Positions 1-9,406 of a stretch of 64,000 nt of DNA are shown here, in pieces. Positions within the stretch are counted from its first letter, which is position 1. Each line of letters begins with the position of its first letter. A model generated the notes under the pieces. That model was not told where the DNA came from. It ran no database searches and saw only the letters and a list, made by a program, of their open reading frames with translations. The position numbers and the translations under genes were made by a program. Origin of the DNA: Candidatus Thorarchaeota archaeon (GTDB lineage: Archaea > Asgardarchaeota > Thorarchaeia > Thorarchaeales > Thorarchaeaceae); NCBI GenBank assembly GCA_046758445.1, contig JBHIAE010000008.1, forward strand, positions 15,806 through 79,805, written 5' to 3'.

Positions 1-1
1 G

Positions 2-1156
2 CCTACACCCACGCTCTCCTTCATCACGAAACAACACGGCTTCGATGCAGGACTGATGGTAACAGCCTCACACAACCCCCCAGAGTACACAGGAGTCAAG
101 TTCTGGAGTCGTGATGGAATTGGGTATACGCCCGACAAGGAGGCGATAATCGAGGGTATCTACGACTCTGGCGAGTTCAGGGTGGCAGCATGGGACAAGT
201 TAGGCTCAGAGAGCGAGCTCGGAAGTGCAGTGGATGAACACATAGACTCAATCCTTTCGCATTGTGACCATAAGCTCATCAGCTCTAAGGAGTTCAGCGT
301 TGTCGTCGATCCAGGCAACGGTTCAGGATCGGTCCTCACTCCTCAACTGATGACACGACTTGCATGCAAGGTGATTTCGATAAACAGCGAACCAGACGGT
401 CACTTCCCCTCAAGACGCTCTGAGCCGGACGAAGATTCTCTCGGAGATCTGGTGAGAACGGTAAGAGACGTGGCGGCGGACCTTGGCATCGCGCACGATG
501 GAGATTCTGACAGAGTAGTCTTTGTCACCAATACTGGAGAGGTCGTAAGGGGAGATCGAATGATTGCACTCCTCGCGAGAGAAGTCATCGAAAAGAAAGA
601 CAGTAAGGCTATTGTTACAACAGTTGATAGCTCGCTTGTTCTGGATGAGACCGTAGAGAAAGCTGGTGGCACCACGCTAAGAACGCCAGTCGGGGATATT
701 CAAGTGGCAATCAAGATGAAAGACACAGGTGCAACCTTCGGGGGTGAGGCCGCTGGAGTCTTCATCTATTCCGACTTTCAACAAGCACCTGAGCCTTTCC
801 TGACAGCGTGCAGGGTCCTTGAATTATTGGCAAAGACCGGAAGGAGCATAGGAGATCTCATCTCAGAAATCCCCATCTATCCGTTGAAGAAAGCGAAGCT
901 GAAAGTCCCGAATGATATGAAGAGCAAGGTCATGGCCAAACTGAAAAAGACTCTTCCAAAGGCAATGACCGGTACTGTTGATGTGGTAACTGTCGACGGG
1001 TTGGGAATCAACTTGAAGGATGGTTGGGTGTTGGTGAGACCTTCTGGCACTGAACCGGTCATTAGAATCACATGTGAAGCCCGCTCTCCAAAGACTGTGG
1101 AAAGGATTCTTGCTGAAGCCAAGAAAGCAGTAGAGATGGCAATTGAGGCATCCTGA
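2..1156 (+). CDS. Phosphohexomutase (phosphomannomutase/phosphoglucomutase/GlmM family), 5'-truncated by window edge
   Basis: Frame open from base 2 (PTPT); TASHNP active-site Ser, DGDSDR metal loop, GGE sugar-binding motif, RPSGTEP phosphate loop. Confidence 0.95.
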   Translation, partial: PTPTLSFITKQHGFDAGLMVTASHNPPEYTGVKFWSRDGIGYTPDKEAIIEGIYDSGEFRVAAWDKLGSESELGSAVDEHIDSILSHCDHKLISSKEFSVVVDPGNGSGSVLTPQLMTRLACKVISINSEPDGHFPSRRSEPDEDSLGDLVRTVRDVAADLGIAHDGDSDRVVFVTNTGEVVRGDRMIALLAREVIEKKDSKAIVTTVDSSLVLDETVEKAGGTTLRTPVGDIQVAIKMKDTGATFGGEAAGVFIYSDFQQAPEPFLTACRVLELLAKTGRSIGDLISEIPIYPLKKAKLKVPNDMKSKVMAKLKKTLPKAMTGTVDVVTVDGLGINLKDGWVLVRPSGTEPVIRITCEARSPKTVERILAEAKKAVEMAIEAS

Positions 1157-1253
1157 CCACACCGAACATTTAATCACAGCAGCAATCCCTCATCTACGCT
1201 GACAATGTTTATAGACAAACCCACACAATCTGGGGTCTGAGGAGGTCCAATGC

Positions 1254-1628
1254 ATGAGTAAAGACGACGAACTGGCGCTGGATGAAGAGTTTCTTTGGGC
1301 ACTTCAGGATCCCACTGAACAGAAAATCAAGGCCCTTGGAGAAGTCGTCAGCATAATCACGACCAAGCTCACAGAGGCAATCTCCGAACTGCAAGAGAAT
1401 GTGTACAATCTTCAGAACCAAGTTGACAGTTTGGGTGCGAAGATCAGCTCTCTAGAGAGAAGTGGTGTGAGTGTGGCCCCCTCAGCTGCTGCCTCAGCGG
1501 CTCCAGCCTCTGCCGAGGCGCCCATAGCCAAAGCTCCAGCACCAAAGGCTCCATCAGGACCTGGAGGGATGATGGGAGAGCTAAAGGCACTACTGGCTGC
1601 TAGAAGAAGAAAGGCTGAAGGCACCTAG
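1254..1628 (+). CDS. Small coiled-coil + Ala/Pro linker protein with C-terminal Ena/VASP FAB-like motif
   Basis: GAGGAGG upstream; heptad pattern in residues ~22-69; C-terminal GGMMGELKALLAARRRKA. Confidence 0.75.
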   Translation: MSKDDELALDEEFLWALQDPTEQKIKALGEVVSIITTKLTEAISELQENVYNLQNQVDSLGAKISSLERSGVSVAPSAAASAAPASAEAPIAKAPAPKAPSGPGGMMGELKALLAARRRKAEGT

Positions 1629-1644
1629 GCCAAGTCCTGCTTCG

Positions 1645-2312
1645 CTATATAAGACGGTCGACACTGTTCTTCGTATAGAATGGGCCAGCGTGTGTTGGCA
1701 TGACTATTCTGAACGCTTCCGCTCTTTTGCAGGCGGCTTGGACACCACGAAGGCGAGTTCTTGCATCATACAGCTTCAGATAGTATTGGTCTGACTTTGG
1801 GACCTGTGACTTATGTTCATTCAATGCCTGTATTGCTGCAGAATACGTCTTCGTAATGTCTACATGAACGTGAGGCCTCGAGAGAAGGTTATTCACTTCC
1901 ATGTGGTAGACTCTCTGTACTCTGTGAGCATTGTCGAAGACAGTGGCGTGCGAGGCCCACTCTACTGCCTCATCAACAATCCGTGAACACTCAATGTGGT
2001 TCTTATTGTAATCCTCCTCGGAGTGAGTGATGACCACAGACGGTCGCGACTTCAGGATCACTCCTATGGTTTCATTGGTCAATGAGGGGTCAATCGCAAA
2101 ATCGTCTCTATCGTTAGGTAGAGCTGACGAATGCCCAAGACGTTGCAGGCATTTCTGAGCTCCGTGTTTCTATTCTCATTGCCTGTCATACACTGAACGT
2201 CAACAGGGATACCGTGGTCCACATGTTGCCGAATGGTTCCTCCGGCACCCAGAGTTTCATCGTCAGGATGCGCAACTATGACCAGAATAGAACCCTCAGT
2301 GGAGTCATTCAT
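1645..2312 (-). pseudogene. bshB1: PIG-L family deacetylase (BshB1-like), split by a 1-nt frameshift near 2114 (true lesion or sequence error)
   Basis: AHPDDE motif in ORF 2079-2357 and VITH..D..H half in ORF 1645-2082; one extra A gives ...LYLNDRDDFAIDPSLTNET...; divergent from bshA. Confidence 0.75.
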
Positions 2313-2444
2313 GAAAGGGTCATTGTTGATGCGACTAATCAAGGTTTGGCAGAGCACAAGCCATTAAAGCTCACAGGCTTCATGCCCAGTAGGGAATGTC
2401 GAGACCATTTCCCTTAAAGGGTCGCATCTTCGCCTTGTCTGAAG

Positions 2445-3617
2445 GTGGATTGCTTGAGGATAGGAGTGAATCTGTATCCGTCAATGGGTGGTTCGGGGCA
2501 TCTTGCCACCAGACTCGGTCAGCACCTTGCACGAAGCGGCCACATAATCCATTTCATCTCATATCAGAGGCCTTTCTCTCTCATGTGGGAGCAGACAAGG
2601 GGCGTCTACGTAGACTTAGTTGACCGTTTTGACTATCCCCTCTTCAAGACGATTGGACCACCCTATACAGTGGCATTGGCGTCGAAGATAATCAAGACTG
2701 TGAAAGACTCAAAGCTTGATCTGATTCACTCCCATTACGCCATCCCGCATGCCACGTCGGCTTACATGGCCAGGAATATAATCGGAGTGCCTTATGTAGT
2801 AACTCTGCATGGTTCAGATGTTCATACACTTGGATTAGACCCCGCTTATCGTCCTGTTGTTAGGCATACGATAGAGAATGCGGATGCAGTCACTGTTGTG
2901 TCTGACTTCTTGAGGAGGAAAGCCCATGACGAAATGGGAATTGAAAGGGACATACATGTCATCCCAAACTTCATCGATGTGGAGCGATTTCGACGACTGG
3001 ATGGCATCAGGCTAACAGTTGAGAGCGGGTGTGTGTCCCTGCGTGATGCCGAAGAAGCAAAGGCGTTGAATCCCGGAGAGAAGATTCTGCTTCATGCTTC
3101 AAACTTCCGGAGAGTAAAACGTGTTGTGGAGCTCATTGATATCCTGAGGATTGTGGTTGATCATCGTCCGAAAGTACGCCTGATAATTGCAGGAGATGGA
3201 CCGACGCGCATTGAGGTGGAGAGGAAGATTGAAGCGCTTGACCTCTGTGATAATGTACATCTACTTGGCATCAAAAGTAACATGCAGGAGATCATGTGCT
3301 CTTCAGACGTGTTTCTTCTGAATTCCACTCTCGAAGGGATGCCTCTTGTACTGCTTGAGGCAATGTCCTGCGGACTCCCTGTAATCACTACTCCTGCAGG
3401 AGGAATCCCTGAACTGGTGCGACCTGGGAAGGACGGTATCGTCACAAAAGGGTTTGATTCTGAGGAGTTCGCACAGGCTGTGATTGAGATGCTTGATGAC
3501 GACTCTCTCCGGAGCAAGATTGGACAGGCAGGAAGAACACGAGTTGAAGAGAGCTTCTCAGCGGACAAGATAGTGCGCAAGTACGAGGCAGTTTTCGAGA
3601 AGGTTCTAGCCGGCTAG
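2445..3617 (+). CDS. bshA: N-acetyl-alpha-D-glucosaminyl L-malate synthase (GT4, BshA)
   Basis: YPSMGGSG, HSHYAIPHA, TLHGSD, HASNFRRVKR, EGMPLVLLEAM motifs; next to bshC. Confidence 0.9.
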   Translation: MDCLRIGVNLYPSMGGSGHLATRLGQHLARSGHIIHFISYQRPFSLMWEQTRGVYVDLVDRFDYPLFKTIGPPYTVALASKIIKTVKDSKLDLIHSHYAIPHATSAYMARNIIGVPYVVTLHGSDVHTLGLDPAYRPVVRHTIENADAVTVVSDFLRRKAHDEMGIERDIHVIPNFIDVERFRRLDGIRLTVESGCVSLRDAEEAKALNPGEKILLHASNFRRVKRVVELIDILRIVVDHRPKVRLIIAGDGPTRIEVERKIEALDLCDNVHLLGIKSNMQEIMCSSDVFLLNSTLEGMPLVLLEAMSCGLPVITTPAGGIPELVRPGKDGIVTKGFDSEEFAQAVIEMLDDDSLRSKIGQAGRTRVEESFSADKIVRKYEAVFEKVLAG

Positions 3618-3630
3618 GGAGGCCCTTTGA

Positions 3631-5346
3631 ATGAACCCGAGTGTGTCAGAGGTATACCAGCGGTTTGTTTGGAATGAAGAACTGTCTGAGCTGGCGTCAA
3701 AACTGTACGACACACCTGCATTGACTATGGGAGCCGTTTTTGATGAAACTCCACCTCTGCTTGAAAGATACGCAAAGACACAATGGCACAGCGGAGAGAA
3801 GAAGACCCACGTCGTTGAGGCACTTATATCAGCAAATCGTAGACTCGGCGTTCTAACACCGAAGGTCAAGGCTAACATTTCCAAACTCTACAATGGTGTT
3901 GTAGAGGCTGGCCATCAGACCATCGTTTTGGGTGGTCCCTGCTATATCCTGAACAAAGCGGCCACCATAGCGAGGATTGCTGCTTTGGGGCACGACAAAG
4001 ACCTTCAGTTCGCGCCGCTCTTCTTCTTGGCTGATTATGATACCGTACAGAGTGAACTCACTAACGTCAGAACCCCCAATGTCGGCCAAGAGGGCAATCT
4101 CGTGGGATTTCCGGTGGAAGAGGGATTTGAACATTCTCCAGTGAGCGCTATCCCACTGCCCAAGTCCGAATGGTATACTCGGGTAGAGGAGAGTATCCGC
4201 AACAGCTATCGTCCACTGACAAGATCGCTTGACAGCAGAGTCCGTGTACTCCACGAGGAAAGGCTTGAACATGCTATGGCATTGACAAGATGGGCCTACG
4301 ATAACTCCAAGACTCTGGGAGAGTGGGGAGCGAAGATCATGGGGCGTCTGTTCAACATCGAGGGGAATCTTGGCATCCCCTTACTTCCAGCGTCCGATGA
4401 CTCATTCAGGTCAGTCCTAGTGGAAGGACTTGAGTTGTTGCTGGCAAGAAGGAACAGGGAACGATTTCTAGCTGCACACGATGCAGCGACATTCCTTATC
4501 GAGGAGAACGGGTTTAGGGCACACATAGGTGCGCGAACCGACAGTTACGTACCGTTCTTCTATGAATGTTCAGGGAAGGACTGCCACCGAGCTAGGATTC
4601 AGCTCGCCTATCAGGAGAGTGGGAAGACTGCAGTACTCTCAGGGAAATGCCCCAATTGTGGCGACGTAGTTTCGATTGAAACGAATACGGACACACCCGA
4701 CCTCTCAGACGTGTCCAACTCGTTATCACCTCGCGTTGATTCAAGACAGATGGCTATGGACACGCTACTGCCGGTTGTGGTCCATGTCGGTGGAACTGGA
4801 GAAACAGCTTACTACGCACAGGTGATTCCAGTCGCAAAGGAGTTAGGGCTTCCATTCCCCGAAGTCCTAAAGTATCCACGCGTTTACTTCAACACACCTT
4901 GGAATGAGGAGCTCGCTGGCACCCTTAGCCAGAAAGGACTTCCTACTCTACACAGTCCAGAGATGTTCAAGACGATTGGACGGATAGCCCGATTTCGGAA
5001 GAAAAAGGCGTATGAAGAAATGAACTCCGCCCTCGCGCAATTTGATAATCAACTTCAGAACTCGCACATGAAGCTCAATCATTTGCTTGCAGATCTAGAA
5101 TCTAGAAGAAGAGAAGAAGAGAGCAGGACCAGCGATGACAATTTGAAGACCAGGCTTGAGTTGGAGAAATACTTGAGCTGGGTCTATGGACAGTTCACAG
5201 AGGGTAAGATTGGTCAAGAGGCTACTTGGTCATGGATGGAATGGGCCGTAAATTCAGGATTCCCAGACTTGTTTGGTCCATACTGGAGAGCTTACGTTGC
5301 TGAGATGAAAAACGGAGCCACTCACTTCGTGAACTTCACACTGTAG
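3631..5346 (+). CDS. bshC: Bacillithiol cysteine-adding enzyme BshC-like, with Cys4 insertion
   Basis: AGHQ..VLGGP.Y..NKA, FFLADYD, HVGGTGETAYYAQ, PR motifs and C-terminal coiled coil; context with bshA/bshB. Confidence 0.8.
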   Translation: MNPSVSEVYQRFVWNEELSELASKLYDTPALTMGAVFDETPPLLERYAKTQWHSGEKKTHVVEALISANRRLGVLTPKVKANISKLYNGVVEAGHQTIVLGGPCYILNKAATIARIAALGHDKDLQFAPLFFLADYDTVQSELTNVRTPNVGQEGNLVGFPVEEGFEHSPVSAIPLPKSEWYTRVEESIRNSYRPLTRSLDSRVRVLHEERLEHAMALTRWAYDNSKTLGEWGAKIMGRLFNIEGNLGIPLLPASDDSFRSVLVEGLELLLARRNRERFLAAHDAATFLIEENGFRAHIGARTDSYVPFFYECSGKDCHRARIQLAYQESGKTAVLSGKCPNCGDVVSIETNTDTPDLSDVSNSLSPRVDSRQMAMDTLLPVVVHVGGTGETAYYAQVIPVAKELGLPFPEVLKYPRVYFNTPWNEELAGTLSQKGLPTLHSPEMFKTIGRIARFRKKKAYEEMNSALAQFDNQLQNSHMKLNHLLADLESRRREEESRTSDDNLKTRLELEKYLSWVYGQFTEGKIGQEATWSWMEWAVNSGFPDLFGPYWRAYVAEMKNGATHFVNFTL

Positions 5347-5385
5347 TAGGTGGCAAGAACGGATGCCTATCAGGGGCAATCCATT

Positions 5386-6651
5386 CTAGAGATGCTCAGA
5401 GAGAAGACTACCAAGACGCTCAATTCCGGCAGAAATCACGTCCGGTGAAGCGTACGAATAACCAAGTCGCATCGTGTTGTCTTTAGGCTTGCTTGGTTCG
5501 AGATCACTTCCATTGTTGACAAGCTTGTACCCGGTGATTGGATAGAATGCTCCCCCAGGCACATACAGAAGTTCGTTAGGTATCGCAACATCCTTCAAGA
5601 ACTTTGCACTGTCAAAGGGCTTCTCGCTCTCCCACCAGATGAAGAAGCCACCTGTTGGGTCAGTCCGTTCTCCAGCAGGAAAGGATGCGTCAATCGCTTT
5701 CGCCATCGCCTCATAGCGTTCCTTGTACTTCGGTATCGCTTGGCGCATTGCTTCGTCGATATAGTTCGTGTAATAGATGTCTAAGATGCGCTGTACAAGT
5801 GTCGATGTACACAGATCTAGGTATCCCTTGTCTTTGACCACCTGATCCCTGACATTCTCTGGTAAGACTGAGTATCCGACTCTCAACACCGCAGCTTCCT
5901 TGCTTGAAGTGCCAAGATATGCTACTCGCTCATTTTCCTTATCGAGGGTCTTTATGGCACGCGAATTCTCCTTGAATTGTATCTCTGCATAGGCTGAGTC
6001 TTCGAGAATTAGGATGTTGTGACTCTCGCATATGTCGAACAGAGCTTGACGTCGGTTCATGGGAAGCGTTGTTCCCTTTGGATTGTCAGAATCAGGCACC
6101 ACATACACAATGTCTGGGCACTTCCCGAAGCTCGACTTGGATAGCAGAATGGCCTTCTCCACGTCCTCCGGTATCATACCGTCAAGGTCCGTTGGCACGG
6201 TGATTACCCTGGCACCAAGCTTCACAGCAGGGACAAGAAAGCCCAGATATGCTGGCGAGGGAGTGATAATCACATCACCCGGATTAATCATAGTGTCAAG
6301 AATGGCATAGAGTGCCTGTTGTGACCCGTTGGTCACAGACACACATTCCCACTCATTCTCACAATTGACAGGGATCTTCCTCACATCTTGAAGGCGCTTC
6401 GCCAGGGTCTTGAGGAACCAAGGCTGGCCCCCTGTTGGACCGTAATTCAGGTCGTCAATGGCCTGCTTCGGTTTCTCCTGGTATGTCTGACCCAAATCCT
6501 TCATGATCTGACCGAAGATCTCAGTTGGCATGATACCAGGTAATCCACCAGCGAAGTAGTACTGCACCTTGTATTTGAGAAGAGCTCTAATCTGGGACTC
6601 CGCAATGAAGGATGTCCAAGTCGCAAAACTATAACCTGAGTTGTTTCCCAT
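5386..6651 (-). CDS. PLP-dependent aminotransferase class I/II (LysN-like)
   Basis: FAGGLP, TNGSQQAL, DNPKG, EDSAY, TSSK..LRVGY, MRL motifs; start set at MGNNSG (ORF extends to 6726). Confidence 0.9.
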   Translation of the reverse strand: MGNNSGYSFATWTSFIAESQIRALLKYKVQYYFAGGLPGIMPTEIFGQIMKDLGQTYQEKPKQAIDDLNYGPTGGQPWFLKTLAKRLQDVRKIPVNCENEWECVSVTNGSQQALYAILDTMINPGDVIITPSPAYLGFLVPAVKLGARVITVPTDLDGMIPEDVEKAILLSKSSFGKCPDIVYVVPDSDNPKGTTLPMNRRQALFDICESHNILILEDSAYAEIQFKENSRAIKTLDKENERVAYLGTSSKEAAVLRVGYSVLPENVRDQVVKDKGYLDLCTSTLVQRILDIYYTNYIDEAMRQAIPKYKERYEAMAKAIDASFPAGERTDPTGGFFIWWESEKPFDSAKFLKDVAIPNELLYVPGGAFYPITGYKLVNNGSDLEPSKPKDNTMRLGYSYASPDVISAGIERLGSLLSEHL

Positions 6652-6869
6652 CAGTTCTCGCTCCCCGAGTCTGCTGGTGGCCCACCACCCGGCCCGGATG
6701 CGCTGATCATGTACAAGAGTGTACATTCACAACAGGATAGGGCTTTGCTTGCCCTTTATCTGTTTCTCAGAAATGGACTATCTGGACGTTCCATCTTGGT
6801 CCATGATGTACACAAATGTGCGCTCTGGCTGAGCACAAGACGAGATTCGATAGCAGGCGATCAAACGGC

Positions 6870-7694
6870 TTATTGCGTTTCGGCCGCGATTGATGCTGCG
6901 ACACTTCCCGGATGGTCAGCGTTGACAATGGACCTAGCGACGATAACGTAGGATGCACCAGCCTCAACTGCATCTTTGGCCGCGCCGCCCTGGGTGCCCA
7001 CCCCTGGACTGAGAATTGGAATCTCACTATCCAGGACCTTTCGGACTTCCTCAATCTTCTCCGGAAAAGTCGCCCCTACAACAGCTCCGTCGCTGCCCCA
7101 CCGATTGGCACGTCTCGCAAAGGACACGTAGAGAGGCTCATGCGTCTTCTTGTCAAGGTTGACTTCTAGTCCATAACCCTCACTCGCTCCAGGATGCGAC
7201 ATGTAGCACAGTGTGATGATACCGCGTTGCTTCTTTCTTGCAATCTCAAACACAGAGTCCATTCCGTCCTTCCAGCCAACAAACGGATTGACGGTCAGTG
7301 CATCAAATCCGGCATCAAAGTAGTGCCGGGCAATGTGGGCATTGGTGTTTCCAATATCGTTGATCTTGCAGTCCATGATTGTACTTAGTCCTTCATCGTG
7401 GACTGCTTCCACGATTTTGGGAATTCTATCAAAGAGCCCGAGTGGGAGAACTAGCTGTCTGTTGAACTTGAAGGCAATCGCATGGTCCGCAGTGGCTTTC
7501 ACGATATCCAGTGCCTCCCTTTCCACTCGGTCCTTCTCGGCTTTCTGCTCCTTTCGATTCTTCCCACGCATTTGGGCCACTAAATCAAGTCCGATAATGA
7601 GTCGACTCTTCCTCACGAACGCTGCCGCTTGGAGCTTCCTCGCAAAAATCTGATCTACCACAGCTCTCCAACTCCACACCATACCTGTCCTCAT
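6870..7694 (-). CDS. pyrF: Orotidine 5'-phosphate decarboxylase
   Basis: DCKINDIGNT catalytic motif, MSHPG, VVGAT, SPGVGTQGG, IVARSI; true start may be slightly downstream. Confidence 0.95.
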   Translation of the reverse strand: MRTGMVWSWRAVVDQIFARKLQAAAFVRKSRLIIGLDLVAQMRGKNRKEQKAEKDRVEREALDIVKATADHAIAFKFNRQLVLPLGLFDRIPKIVEAVHDEGLSTIMDCKINDIGNTNAHIARHYFDAGFDALTVNPFVGWKDGMDSVFEIARKKQRGIITLCYMSHPGASEGYGLEVNLDKKTHEPLYVSFARRANRWGSDGAVVGATFPEKIEEVRKVLDSEIPILSPGVGTQGGAAKDAVEAGASYVIVARSIVNADHPGSVAASIAAETQ

Positions 7695-7740
7695 ACCACT
7701 TATATGAAATGCACGCCTCGTTCAGCTCGGAGAGCATAAG

Positions 7741-8784
7741 TTGAGTCCGGACTGGTTGACGACACGACTAACAGTCGTGATGTTGGGTGTGATGGGTCCA
7801 GTCTACTTCTTTCTACTGATGATGTTCCTTCCTTTCCAGCTCATGCCTTTCATGGACCCGGTCTTGGACTGGTGGTACCACTACATAATTGTGCCAAGCG
7901 TATTCTCTGCGCCGTGGGTGGGCATCATATACTACAGCCGCTACAGGTTGGCAAACACAGTTCATCTGATGGACGAAACCACAGATGCTGTGCCTCTCAG
8001 GTGGCGCGTCTTCTACGGGTTCAATGCTGCCTTCGTGGTGACATTCTTCATTCTGCCAATGGTTGCAGCTCCCCTTGCAATAGTTTCAGGCCTGTTCGTC
8101 GCAGGAACTGTGTTCTACAGGATTGGCGTTGGCAAGTTTGGAGGAGGGAGAGCTGCCGCAGCTCTGGCTGTAATAATGGGAATTGTCCTTTGCATAGTCC
8201 CGTTCATAATCACAATTGAGTTCATACCCAGGTACCTTGAGGTCTGGAATGCAGTGCTTGGAAGTTGGGAAGGCTATTGGCTCAGAGTTGTCTATGGATT
8301 TGCACAGTGTCTGGTGAACGCATTGAGTTTCGGGGCTCCAGTCTATTTCGTGTTCTTTGCAGCCAAGGAGTACGACAAGGGTCTCTATGGCACTGTCTAC
8401 ACCCGGACTCCCACGAGGTGGATTAGGATCGGCGAGCTCATTCTCTTCCTGGTCTTTCTGTATGTGTATCTCCCGCCGATAGACACACCTTTTGGACAAC
8501 TCCAATTCCTAGACCAGTCGTGGGTCTTCACGAACGGCATCAACTGGATATCCCTCTCGATTGTTGCATTGATGATTCTCGTGAGGTTCAGAATGGGTGT
8601 TCAAGACAACAGCACTCTGGGGGGCCCTTCAAACATACTAGTCGTAGGCATGTTTCTGGTAGTGGAGCTGTTCTTCAAGACCAACCTTCTGCTCATCACT
8701 CTGATAATCTGGCTTGCGTTCCTGATCTTCGCCGCAGTCAGCCTTGCGAGCTTCGCCAGAGCATCTCCGAGGGAGATGTACTAG
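7741..8784 (+). CDS. Hypothetical polytopic membrane protein
   Basis: 347-aa ORF with many hydrophobic segments; divergent from pyrF across a TATA-like CTTATAT. Confidence 0.8.
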   Translation: MSPDWLTTRLTVVMLGVMGPVYFFLLMMFLPFQLMPFMDPVLDWWYHYIIVPSVFSAPWVGIIYYSRYRLANTVHLMDETTDAVPLRWRVFYGFNAAFVVTFFILPMVAAPLAIVSGLFVAGTVFYRIGVGKFGGGRAAAALAVIMGIVLCIVPFIITIEFIPRYLEVWNAVLGSWEGYWLRVVYGFAQCLVNALSFGAPVYFVFFAAKEYDKGLYGTVYTRTPTRWIRIGELILFLVFLYVYLPPIDTPFGQLQFLDQSWVFTNGINWISLSIVALMILVRFRMGVQDNSTLGGPSNILVVGMFLVVELFFKTNLLLITLIIWLAFLIFAAVSLASFARASPREMY

Positions 8785-8785
8785 C

Positions 8786-9223
8786 TTGCAGAAGAGACCT
8801 GCTTCCTCTGTAGACATAGCGATTTCTGATGGGCAACGGATCGTCTTGGTCAAGAGAGGTTGGGAGCCCTTCAAAGGACGATGGGCCTTGCCAGGAGGAT
8901 TTGTGGAGTATGGCGAAACAGTCGAAAAGGCTGCTCTCAGAGAAGTCGTTGAAGAGACCTCGATGGTAGTGAAGCTGGAAGCCGTTTTGGGAGTCTATAG
9001 CGCACATGACAGAGACCCGAGAGGCCACACAGTGACATCCGTATTTGTTGCTCGACCGTTGAGTGGAGAGCCACAAGGCGGTGACGATGCAGCTGCTGCG
9101 TCCTGGGTAGACCTGGAATCTGTTGACGCAGAGGACTTGGCCTTTGACCATGGCCTCATCGTGAAGGACCTGAAGAAGTGGCTCAAAGAGAGATCCACAT
9201 TCTGGTCCACAAAAGACCGATAG
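8786..9223 (+). CDS. Nudix hydrolase (ADP-ribose pyrophosphatase-like)
   Basis: GGFVEYGETVEKAALREVVEET Nudix box, RDPRGH, LAFDH; likely TTG start right after upstream stop. Confidence 0.92.
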   Translation: MQKRPASSVDIAISDGQRIVLVKRGWEPFKGRWALPGGFVEYGETVEKAALREVVEETSMVVKLEAVLGVYSAHDRDPRGHTVTSVFVARPLSGEPQGGDDAAAASWVDLESVDAEDLAFDHGLIVKDLKKWLKERSTFWSTKDR

Positions 9224-9406
9224 CGAACTACAGATTGAGAATCTCAAGCTTCTCAGCAAGTCTGATGATTGGAAGGTAGGCAACCCGAGGTTGCGCTTCG
9301 GAGCTGGGATAATCGGTGCTGCCCGCAACATTGACCCAAATGGTGTACAGAGCAAGGTCGGTGGAAGATGACTTATCAGTCTGAGCCTGGGATGGTCATA
9401 TGAAAC

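Noticed and set aside
8738-9355. 205-aa minus-strand ORF and many similar short overlapping ORFs
   Set aside because: Antisense or alternate-frame shadows of well-supported genes
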